Source: Phoronis australis | Taxonomy: Eukaryota > Animalia > Phoronida | NCBI GenBank assembly: GCA_002633005.1 | Contig: NMRA01000046.1 | Location: forward strand, 118,510 to 182,509 | Direction: 5' to 3' | Length of the DNA: 64,000 bases | Shown: piece by piece, positions 52,498 to 64,000 of the stretch | Position numbering within the stretch: the first letter of the stretch is position 1 | Layout: each line of letters starts with the position of its first letter | Program-made: the position numbers and the translations under genes | Notes under the pieces: model-generated | What the model was told of the DNA's origin: nothing | The model's input: the letters and a program-made list of their open reading frames with translations, nothing else | The model's database searches: none

Positions 52498-55400
52498 ATG
52501 ACTAACAGGTTAACCATATATCAATAAAGCATAAAAATATTTTCAGGTGATCAGTGCAATGGGCCCACATGCGAGGCCTGCGCACGTCTGATACAACGTG
52601 TATGAGACCGCCTGCAACTATTTTTTTTTAACAGGCTAAGATTTATTACCATTAGGCCTACACAGATCATACAATATGGCTATATACGTATGCATATGCA
52701 GGTCTTGTGCCGGTTAATCCACCGAAATCTTTTGTGCGCAACAGAGGACACTTCGCTTTGTAATACGTGGCGCTTTTGAGTTTTACTCAGAGCCAATACA
52801 GTATACAGCTTTCCGCCAAGGCTAGGTGATGCTACGGCATTATTCTTTGTTGCATTAGTTAACAGGTTTTGGCTACTTGTCATTTTATGGCCTGGTCATC
52901 CATTCAGCCAAAAGTAGTTCCAGAGGTGGCTTATCAGCCAATTATTCACGCATGCTGACTCACAATAGAAGCCTGATAAGAGTGAAGGTGGGTAAATGCG
53001 GTGTTCCTACAGTTTCTTGTGGTAGTGGATGTGTTCACGACATGAAATATTCAAGAGCATAAGGAGCACCGACGGGGCGTAAAAACTTGAATATCAGATG
53101 ATCTCAACAGCCTCAAGTTGTTTAAGAACGAAGACCTCTACTGTTTTTCCGGAAATTAACATGTGTTCTGTCTCGTTACGAGAAAAACTGGCGAACGATG
53201 GTGCTCTCAGCTCATTAAAAGCGATAATAAACAATTAAGTATCACTTTATTAAGCTGAATCACGTTGACAACAATTGAAAAACGTCAAATGTATAAAGAA
53301 ACAAATCATCTGAAAACAGTTTCACGAAACTAAAGCATTCTGTACACCGTGGTGAAAAGATATACAGGATTAGTTCGCAGAGGGACCAGATGTACAGTAG
53401 AGTACACAAAAACTCTGACCTGGTCCGTCACGAGATGAAAAGTACACCTGTGCTCATTATCCCTATAAAAATAGTCGATCTGTCGCGGGACCAACCAGTA
53501 CTGGCTGAGATAAATAGTTTTACAAAGCACACTTTGTAAAAAATTACAAGACTAGTTCGCTAAGGCACCAGCAGTTCACTGAAATTCAATATCTACACAA
53601 ATCAAGCTGGCCTTGTCCGTCTCGAGACCTAAAGTGTACTATGCAAAAATGTTGAATTGAAAACTTCTCTCTAGACACTTTTCAATCCCCAGTGGTTACT
53701 CATACGTTAGTCCTATCCTTCTGTTGTCTAGACTGCCGAGGAATCTGTATATTATGGGATCCAGTGATTTGCTCGTCTTGGAATCATTCTACCCAGATAT
53801 CTTTGATGTTCGTTCCCAACGCTTGCACTTCGTCAAATGCTGTGTCAATGAGCTTGTAAGCCTCTACAATGCCAGCATCTCGTTTCGCAGCTCAGTTGGC
53901 ACTAAGACCCTTGAAGTTGCCAAGTCCATTCAAAAGACTTACATGCGCAACTAAATTTGATCCGTTCATCATGAATACGGGCATCACGCCCAAGTACTTG
54001 AATTCGATTTCCCACTTAGCTAATTTTCGTCGGCGTTGAGGTCGTCATGAACCCGACCCACTTGCACGGGAAATGCTGAGCCACAACCATCTGAACCAAG
54101 GGATGGCCAATATTCACAAAATAGACTACACACTTAATAATCACTGACAAAGGCCACAGTAAACCAGCGTCAGTACTCGTGTTCAGGATTGCCGTGATGC
54201 CATGAGCACGGTCTAAACACAGTGCATCAGCCTACGTGTCGTAACACTCGATCTGGGCCGGGGTCGAGGGCCTTGCATCACTAGCCCTAGAATGCTACCA
54301 GTTATGTATAAAATTTGCAAACACACGTACAAGGTGTCGAGGTCTTCATCGTAACACCATTTTTGTTTGTTCGAAACAAGAATCAAGAATTTTTATTTAG
54401 CGACGTTGGCGAAAAACGGATGAACATTAGCCAGTTGGGCTATTTCTAGGACATGATTCCTTGATATGTGCCGAACAATTTGTGTGGTGCCCGACTGAAT
54501 CACATGTTCCACATTCACATTCTACACTTTCGTGTGGTGCACAAACCGATGCCATTTCTGTGCAACTTTCACGTATTTAAACACAGAGAAGTTCTCAGTC
54601 AAGTTGCTGTTACTACAGCCTCCACACTAAATGCAGTTTTTCATGCCTGGAAGACTTGAAGGCGGCTCTCCGCAGACTTTCCTCATGACAACTCCTCGAT
54701 ACCGCACTGGTAAAAACTACAACCCAATACGTACAACCCCGAAAACAGATTTTTTCAATTTTTGACTTTTTTTTAGCAACAGGTATACTAAAGGCTAATA
54801 AATCTCTTAGGATGTATTAATAAAATTCTTTTTGAGACACAGGGTTATGGTGGGAAATCTTTAACTGTCTGCAGCCTGGCAACTAACTTTGCAATGTGCA
54901 CAAGCTGTCACCAGTGTCGTAATCCTCAAAGTCAATTTAATAACAATGTTATGCTTCAGCAAAAATTCGACTAAGGCTAAAAGCATGTTCACCTGTCCAT
55001 GAAGCTATTCCATAGTCTTTCAAGTTCAATTGTAGCTATTTTCTGACCACTGTTCTTTTAATGACAAATCATTCCTAGTTATCTTATGTTGCAAGCCGCA
55101 TTTTTGGCGGACAGACGTGAAGTTTGAAATAAGTGTGCTATTTTTCAATACCTCAAGACATTTTGTTTTTGGTTTCAACTTAATGATCAGACTTAAATCT
55201 GTCTGACATTCGGTATGTGGATAGATCCCGCCAAGAGGCGCTATTGTATCAGAGCTATAGCATACGTTTCTCGCTACAGCTTAGCGTTCTTGAGTTATGT
55301 GGAGTTTTTTAAAAGTCCATTTTAAACGATGAAGTCCATATAAAGTGATGATTTAGGTCTATCACTGCGTTGCTCAGTCTTGAAGCAAACTTCTCGTACA

Positions 55401-55674
55401 CCAAGAACGTCATGTGTTCTAGACATGTTCTATTATGCCCCTGATACAGACCTCATTTGAAGTCATGACATGAAATTTGAAGATGACATTAAAGGAGAAT
55501 GCCACCCAAAAAACAACCTATTTTGTATCAATTTAGATCGAGTAGTTCTACTCGACAACGGCACGTTTGGTTGCGTTACCTGACACCTGACGGCAGACGA
55601 AGGTGTTGAAATTATCCAATGACGTAATTGGTTTCACTAGCAGTCTGTTCAGCAGTTCACAACACGGGTTACTG

Positions 55675-57290
55675 GTGTCAGCGAAACGTCAGATTACCAT
55701 CGAAGGTAACGATGTTGTATTTTATGACCGATCCTCAAATCTTGCAAATCCCTCAACCGCAAGACGAACGCAAGCATTCCTGCTTCGCAGCGAGAAGGGC
55801 ACAGTGATTCTACCAGGAGAGTCACTCCAGTTGTGTACGCCAGACTCAGCCTGGGCTAAATCTCGCATAGACGCACATGTCAACCGGTCCAAGCCCATAG
55901 AACAGGCATGGCCACAGGAAGTGCAGTCTGTTGATCACTCCCTTTAACTTCGAAACAACAGTGATTCCCCTATCCTCATCAAATCTAGTGAGCATCTGCG
56001 CCAGATCCGCCAGCTCATTTCCCACGATAGTGATGCAACAGTGATACCCCCTCTGACTCGCATCTGCAACATTCCCGACATCTGTCTCCCCCGTACTCTC
56101 GCGACATTTCATTAGACCCAGACAATATGTTGTCTATCGACATCCGGGACAGATTTACACAGCTCCACCTCGAGTTCGACGATGTCTTCAACCCTTTGCA
56201 TCCCATGTACAATGGAGCCAGTGGCAATATACAAACTGTTGTACATATGGGACCGACATTGCCGCCCCAACGCAAAGGCCGCATCCCACAATACAACCGA
56301 TCCACACTTGTCGAGCTTCAAGCCAAGTTTGATGAGCTTGAAACTGCTGGCGTCTTCGCTAAGCCTGAACAGGTCAGAGTCCATGTGGAATACCTGAAAA
56401 CATCCTTTCTCGTTAGGAAGCCGAGTGGAGGTAGTCACATCGTTTGGAGAAGTCGCCCAGTGTAGTAAGCCTCAACCCTCGCTCATGCCGAACAAAAACC
56501 CTGTCGCTGAACGCGCCATAGAAGAATTGGGCTTAGAGCTATTGCATCTGTCACCCGATGGCTGCCCTGTGTCGGATGTGGTCTTAGCGGCTGCTACAGC
56601 ATCCATGAACTCCCGTATTTGACGCAATGGCCTCTCTACTCGTGAGGTTTGGACTCAACGCGACCAGGTGACTGGCGAGCAACTTCCTATTAACGACGGG
56701 TGTATCATCATGAATCAGCATCACTCTAGACACGAGAACCATGACCCTAGTGCCAAGTCCAAGGTACGAGGTCACACTCTCGCCCCGGCAGTGAACCTCC
56801 ATATCGATCAGCTTGTTTACCTCCGTCGTGACAGGGAAAAAACCAAGGCCCGTGAGAAATATATGGTCGCTTCCATTTCTGGCGACTGGTGTGACATCAG
56901 AAAGCTTACCACCTCTCAGTTTCGCAGCAAGGCATACACCGTCCGCTGTACCGACTGTTTTCCAATTGTGTCTACTACTTTGTCCTCTGACGGCCCTATT
57001 CGTGGACACAGTGATCCTATGCATGATGGCGACGACATTGATGATGCTACCCTGGCCCTTGCTTTACCTGGCCAACATACCATTATACAGGAAGACCCCC
57101 CATTCCCGTTAGAAATTGTTACGCCTCCCATATTAACTTCTTCCTTAGACTACTGCTGATCGTGATAGACCTCAACAACTGCAGCGCCATCCTCCTATTA
57201 TGCTGATATCCCGACCCCACGACGATTAACTCGCCAGGGGAAGCCCCCAGCTTGGATGAATGAATGATGAGTTGACGTATGATAAGTAGT
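55675..57290 (+). pseudogene. Gypsy/Ty3 LTR retrotransposon pol relic with a large internal deletion
   Basis: Post-protease linker (SAKRQITIEG..., LRNNSDSPILIK..EH), RT N-terminus (MGPTLPPQRKGRIPQYNR..LQAKFDELE..GVFAKPE..EYL..SFLVRKPSGG..VTSF.EV..SKPQPSLMPN), then integrase C-terminus (KNPVAERAIEEL...MNSRI*RNGLSTREVWTQRDQ.TGEQL...LVYL..DREKTKAREKYMV). Several stops and frameshifts. Confidence 0.85.
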
Positions 57291-57492
57291 TCCTGCTTTA
57301 CACAAGGAGAAGTGATTGGACCTTCGATACTTAGTTAAATTTACTTTAAGCTACGAAAAGTGACGTATACCGGAAATTTATTTGTTGTGCTAGATAGTTT
57401 ATTATAGTACATTAGGTAGTTGTTTTTGCCTTCTACTTAGTAACGTAAGGGACTCTATTTCAGGGACTCCTTAAGTGACTCTTCTAACACAT

Positions 57493-57530
57493 GGAGGGAA
57501 GAAGTGGTTGCACCAGTACTCATTTTATAC
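57493..57530 (+). mobile_element. Polypurine tract and start of the Gypsy 3' LTR
   Basis: GGAGGGAAGAAG (57493-57504) is immediately followed by TG, about 200 bp after the end of pol. The extent of the LTR was not determined. Confidence 0.6.
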
Positions 57531-59810
57531 TTGCGCGGTTCGTCCTTCCGGCGTCCGCTTTTTATGTAAGAAGTTTACTTCCAATATAGCTCTTCAAATA
57601 CCAGTCGTTGGCTTTAGATATATTAAATGGACAGACATCAGCGAGAGCTACAAAAACGATGCATCTGTTTCTCTGGCTACATCTTACCACTCTTGAGTTA
57701 CATTTTCTGAGGAGTGTTCATTCATTGAGTGATCATTCCTCGTTGTACTATTTGAATTTTGTAGTCATTGTATCCATATTTGCCGTCATCATAGCATTCT
57801 TCATCATCATCTTCGCAGTGGCGGTGTGGCAAGAGGCGAGGGAAGGGTGCCTGGATCCCCTGAAAAGGTGTTACAGGGGCGCCAAAATCGAAGTTTGGAG
57901 GCGCCAAATCCCAAAATGTTCTGTTTTAAGCTGCATGTATCTATCACTTTCGTTGTGTTGGCTGTGTTTAAGTGCATGACGGGGCGCGTTGTTTTAGTTC
58001 TTGTGTTGCGACGGATTAGCGTGTGGGAAACATAAAGAGAATCCTTTCGTGTTTTGCGCGTGCTAATCCGTCGCAAGACAACTTAAACAACGCGCTCCTG
58101 CAGTCATGTGTGTCGTTCATGTCTAGTGCCTTGTGGATCCGAGACTGCACCTTGAACTGTCAGGTACCGCACGAGGTCGAAAAATTAGAAGCTGGTCTGA
58201 AACCAGTCAGTGTTTAGATACATCGTAGAGCATGGGATTGCCTGTTGCAGTCGTCTGCATCTGCCAAGGTTTGCTCCATAGACATAACTTTTAGACCTCT
58301 ATGGTTTGTTCCATGTCAAGAGAATTTCTCATACTTCAACTGCAGAAAACACACCCAGTGGAATACTTAGAATTTCACAAATAATTATCCAAGCGAGAAC
58401 ACAAGAGATAGATCAAATTCGAAAAACAATGGAAAACAATTTAACTTCGTTATTCAGAAGACAAAAAATCGAGCCATCTAGACTGAAACCTCATTTCAAA
58501 TATTTCGATTTGTTTCAACGCATCTTGCAATTTTAGTCTCGATGACCGGGAAATATGATGAAGAAAAAAAATCCAGTTCCGAGAACAATTAGGATCTTTT
58601 ATGAACAATTTCCGTAGCAATATTAAACCAGAATCAGGTTCATATAATTTATGGCCACGATTGGAACCAAGAGAACCCATCTTAAAATATCATCGGATGC
58701 ATTAAACTGCATCGAGGACAAGTCCCACAGTGTTAACAAGTCATCCGATGTACTTGTACCATTAAATGTTGCTACACACACGTCAAATATATGCCATGAA
58801 TCATTTCCGCCCCAGTTTGAAGCACTAAATGTTCCAAGCATCGTTGCGCCCACTTGTAGGAAACGACAGCGAATTGCACGTTGATGAAATATGCGACAAG
58901 GTGGTAAGTGTATACCTGCAGAAATGTCAAATAATTTCTCAAGCGTTAGTGACGTACATACAACCAAGAACTAGAATCAGAATCCACTTGAAGAGGTAGA
59001 TGCATTTATTAGTAAAATAGATTGTACGGTGGCCCAAAGATGACATCGCGGGTTTCTTTTTTAATTACCTCTGAATCTCGAGATATCGACTTAATTATCT
59101 CAAGATCTCGAGAAACGCACGATGCCATATTTGGGTCTCAGATAGGTGTATGCACGATGATAAAACATCATGTGAAACGGTAAATTTCTCACATGACCTG
59201 GAATGTATTACGCCACGACTGGTTAATAAAACCGAGTACGTCTTTTTAGATATTGGGCGAATCATGAAGTAGTGCAAAGTAGAAATCCATACGCCTCACA
59301 TTTTATCGTCTGTAAAACACTAAAACAACCAAACGCTCGCCAACCAAACAATGCCGGAATTCCGAGAAGGTGACAAGGTTATGATTGACAAATCGAGTGC
59401 CGCAACTGTACGTACTTCCAGTCCGAAGGACATGCCAACAACTTCTTAAACGGGCCCATCTTCGGCGGCGAATTCCATATCCGCGTTCATTCAAACGGAG
59501 ACGAGCCCCAACTCGAGAAAGACTGTTTAGCTGTGCTTTCTCAAGGTCAATCCAGCGCTCACACGCGGGGAAGCCTTGCTGACTCCTATTTATAATTTTA
59601 ATATTACAACTTCAAAGACTATTTATCAGATTCTACGAAAGCTGAACGTTATTTACAATTGCTTAAAATAAAACTATTAACTAAAAGTAACTTAATTTCT
59701 TTACATTGCGCAAGCGTGTTTTTACAAAAGTTGCGTCATGTGGTTGAAAGTTTTGGACACGTCGAGTTTTTCGGCAAAAAGATCGTTGTTACGCTTCATA
59801 AGAGAAAACA

Positions 59811-59949
59811 AATCCTACACTCGTCTCAGATTGATGACATGGCAAAACCTTTTGGAAATTTCGTTAAAATCCCTCGACAAGCATCGGGATTTTAACGAAA
59901 TTTCCAAGAGGTTTTGCCCATGTCATAAACCTGAGACTGGTGTAGGATT
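59811..59949. repeat. Near-perfect hairpin with ~63-bp arms and a 12-nt loop
   Basis: AATCCTACAC...GGAAATTTCGTTAAAATCCC / GGGATTTTAACGAAATTTCC...GTGTAGGATT. Confidence 0.85.
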
Positions 59950-62900
59950 CTCTATTTTCGTGCACTTACCGATGTATCAATTAACGTCACAGGCAAAAGT
60001 AACGTAGAGTCTTTGTGCCAGGACCCTAAGACATCTCGTTCTCCCGTTAAAGAATTTGGTCTAGTTAACCTTGTCGGTCAAGGCAACATTTCTCATGTCG
60101 AAAAAATAAAATTTTGATAACGGAGCTGTGCCAGCGAGGAGAAACACGCCTGTTTTCCCGAAAAAAGATGATCGGACAAAAAACAGCGTGACTGCTCCCA
60201 ACAAGCGTGTTTCCAAACACTCTCTAGAAAAAGGTGGTTATAGTAGTCCTTAACCATCGATTCACTGTTATTCATTCCGTGCTTCTACGCTTTCCCGGCA
60301 TTTTTGGTGAAAAGCGCAAATAGTCTATACTACAATGAAAAGGATTTTGAGAAGACGGCAATCTCTAGTTCGAGTCTGAGTCTGGACACTGAATCCTGAC
60401 CGGACCCTCGACTAATCCATGCATGCGCACGGCATCCACATAAATAAGGAGAGGGTTCCTGTTCGCGTACAAGTTGCGTCGGTAAAACTACGACTCTGAA
60501 AAACATTGGATACTCAGTAGAGCTGTGTTGGACGGCCCATTTGTCAGGGATGGGTGATTTAACAAGTCCGTGAACTATCTTAGCGCCATAACACTAAACT
60601 GAATCTGCCGATACGTCCTTTTCCTATTTTCGTGGAAAATTAAAATATGTCAATTCTTCTCTTTACTTGTGATTTATTTGCCATCAACGTACATGCTGGC
60701 CAAACAAAATTGGCTGATCAGAATCAAGATACATCACAAATGACACTGTAGACCTAGAATAGATGCATAATTTTACTATGGCATTCGATACGACGACAGT
60801 TACACAAAAATCACAGTTGTATCTATGTTCACACAGTTCGAGGAGTGTAGGGAGGGCATTTTGAAGATCTGGTAATAGTTTTCGTGGTCACTTCAGTCCA
60901 GTGCCATGTCAGTGAAGACCAGTACATCATTCCACGGTTCCGAGCTGCGCTGTGTAAACGCATGCGTTCTGTTTTTATTAGAACATAATGTAATGTAATA
61001 AACATTTTTCTGTAAAAAAATGCAGATTTCCTTTACGTTATTGGGTGAAATTGGCTTGATCATGAAATACTGACGTCAGAATACTGCATGCCGGGAGATT
61101 TGGACTCTGAGGCTTTTCCATTATTCATGGTATTTGTTTTATACTCGTCTTCCAGCTTGACGAGTAATCGATGATAACAATGAATTGTAAATGATTGCTT
61201 TAATGTGCCGATTTAAAGACATTTTATTTGCATCGAGAGCTGTCTAACAGCAGGAGTACCGCTATCGAAACGGATTGGTGAAAGTGCTGTAGATAATTCT
61301 GCAAATAGAAGGGTTTGCTATTTAAAATGAGTAAAAATTGCAAGAAAGAAAGTCCATTTCGAACCAGAGTAACACAATGAAAGGCCAAAAACAATAGCTG
61401 GCCCTGGTCTTGACTCCGAATCATTTTATAACTGCGCTCACTGTTTAAAGAAAAAGTTCATCCACATCAATTTCAAACAAGGTATCGTGCTTTTTTAAAA
61501 AGTTGCGCAAAGGGCACGTAAGCAGTGTTTGGACGGCCGTGACTTACCAAGCGAGACGTAATTGAAAATTGTGCACAGGGCAGTACTCTAAAATTCCTTA
61601 GAACTTTGTTTAGCCACTCAAATGACTGGCAGAATGACTAACCCAGCTCATGCACATTGCTCCCAGCCCCGGCCGCGGTCACGCTTCCTACTCACGGACC
61701 AACTCGCCGCCCCGGGCTTACAAGGGTATACAATAGAAAAGCGATCGCGGCAGGAAATAATGTGCGGAACAACAGTTGGTTCATCTGTAAGCAAAGAAAT
61801 TTGTTCGCTAGACTCAAAAAGTGGCGGGAAATGTGTTCGTGAAAAGGGACTAGCGTGCGCGAAAGAAGAAAATTGTGCGCGGGAAAGTCCGAGTCGCGCA
61901 CGGGTAGGCAAGACAAAGATTTCACTTACAGATCACATGGCGGCTTTCAAGTGCACGCAGTTCCATACTTGTCTCGTGACAGATAAGTAACTGAACCAAA
62001 ATTCGAGTGGAGCACTGCCTGGTCATGAATCCTCCGGCGCGTTGCAGTCAAATCTACTCTTCAGGCCGTTGACCGCAGGCCATGGGAGGCTTATAAAACA
62101 ACTTCCGTGTGACCACTTTCGTGAGGCAATTTTCTTTTGATGTGTTTGATATCACAACCCATTGAATTTCATAAAATTAGAAAGTCCCTATGTTTAAACT
62201 TGCACACTTCCTTGAAATGTGACTTTAAAATTGGCTAATTCTGCAAATTGAAATGTAATAGAACAAACAAGAGACCATCGCATAACTCGTCATGGTGCAT
62301 AAATCGTCGCTTTTTCTTGGTTCCGGTTACACCCCATTCATTTACATGTAAAATCAGGAGCATGCTCGAACTCCCCCCCCCAGGTGCGCGCATGGCGTTC
62401 ACCTAGAATTAATTCAATGGATAGTCATTACATGACCTTGGGTGACGTGCTGAAACGAAGAAAACACGTTGTTGTGAATATTTCATGATAACAACGATCA
62501 ATTGTGCCATATTGTACAATGTAGTTCGGTTGAGGCCATTTATTAACACAAACTTCGTTGAAGACACGACTGTACTTTTTGTTTGACAGCTTTATGAGGT
62601 GCTTATTTAGCACAGGTCCATGGGTGGCGCCGCCTATCACTGGTTGTGTGTATATATGTTCAATCTGTTTCATTTTAGAAAACAATTAGTAGCGTTCTCG
62701 TAAGTGCATGAATCAATTCCTACTTTTAAATAAAAACGCATATAGTCTAACTTGACAACTACTGAACAACTCAATAGAGGTCGTTAGTAATTTAATCCAT
62801 CAACGGATTAGGAGGCACAGAACAGTTCTCACTGGGTTTTGGCCAGCAAAACACACATCACTTTGTCACCTTTTCTTCACTCTGTCAAAAACAGGATGCA

Positions 62901-64000
62901 AAGAATGACATGTTTTCAATTGTTTCACATAAAAAGCCCTTCAGATGAGCACAGAAACTTTATTCTCTCTTGTACTTTTGACCCTTTCATTCCCACTGAA
63001 AACCAAGCTAGACTAAGAAAAATAAGGGCAAAAAAATGCAAAATTGTCACTTTTCACCTCAAAAACACCACTTCCCAGCCGATGCACGACTAAAGCCAAC
63101 ATTAGAGTCTGAAAGCAAATTTCCTACCAATTCCGAAAATGTGGTCCAAAAGTACTGTCAACCAACTAGTTTTTTTGGCAATTCTTGCTTGTTTGAGGGC
63201 TACGTAAAATCACAGCCAATTTCTCAGCCGCTACCCAGCAATGCACAATTGCAGCCGGGGGTCGCCATCTTGAAGAAGAGTGCAGCCACAGCCAAGAAAG
63301 TGGCCTTTTTTATTCATAGCATGTTCACAAATACAAACAAACCACATTCACTGAGCCTACGTGCAATGCCCATCTACAAAATGCCCCCAAACTTGGCCTA
63401 CCCCAAACCCCAAAATTACAATATTTTGGGAGTGCAAATTGGCCGCGGCCGCAGCCTAAGTATTCAGTGCCACCTTAGCTGAAAAGAACTGGTAAGTCAT
63501 CTTTCATTCATATTGCTAATGTCACTATTCTATTAACCTGAAGATAGGAGATTGTTTAGATACTACGAGCGAGAATGTATTGTACAGTATAAACAAATTA
63601 AGAGGCAGTCTATACAAAAATCAGTCTTTACGGCAAAATTCAAATCAGATTCATCTAAATGCCACATTTTGTGCACTCAACGACTCCTAATTTCGCCGCT
63701 GGAGCACTAGACCGCAATTGCTCATATTAGCCGTCTCCAAAATTGTACGTTTTCAGCAACGAAAATAAGTAACTTACAAAATAGATTGAAAGTTGTACAT
63801 TGGTGGCTGGAATGACCAATGTATGCTGTAAATAATTATTTGGATTTACTCAAATTGGACGGCTTTATGCTAGACAGGAGAGATAATCCACAGACCACTT
63901 TCCTTATCTAATTTTAGTGTCCGTTTTTGTGACCCTCTTACTGCCATATTGCAACTTGTAACTTCACATAACTTTTTAAACATACAGCTAAAAAGTAAAT

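Noticed and set aside
53700-54030. Minus-strand EFKYLGV motif suggesting a LINE remnant
   Set aside because: It is a single short motif without supporting flanking motifs.
55489-55600. TTAA-AGGAGAATGCCACC as the left end of a Kolobok-like element
   Set aside because: No partner right end was found in the window.
57608-58076. Cluster of overlapping 60-123 aa ORFs, one with a hydrophobic stretch
   Set aside because: The hydrophobic run comes from a (CAT/CTT)-rich low-complexity tract. There is no recognisable domain or exon structure.
58230-58970. 114-aa minus-strand ORF with VATFNG, reminiscent of a transposase C-terminus
   Set aside because: The resemblance is too weak and no matching TIR pair was found.

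Overview
AT-rich, repeat-dense animal genomic DNA, most likely from a bilaterian invertebrate. There are no operons, rRNA genes, bona fide tRNA genes or CRISPR arrays. The only intact host gene I can support is an ORF with an uninterrupted coding region for a class A (rhodopsin-like) peptide-receptor-type GPCR at 47243-48391 (+). The rest is mostly transposon relics: two Helentron-associated non-autonomous elements (HINE/DINE-1-like), decayed CR1/L2-group and L1/Tx1-group LINEs, an Academ-type DNA transposon, a Penelope-like remnant with hammerhead-ribozyme-like motifs, an internally deleted Gypsy element, a TTAA-flanked long-TIR element nested in a foldback element, several MITEs and hairpins, and micro/minisatellites. 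The most notable observation is that both HINE copies carry an internal ~140-160 bp tandem array, organised as a ~450 bp three-monomer higher-order repeat. Every monomer holds a co-oriented CTCF-like motif (8 and 11 sites), so the element is a candidate mobile insulator cassette. All calls are by eye, without database searches.
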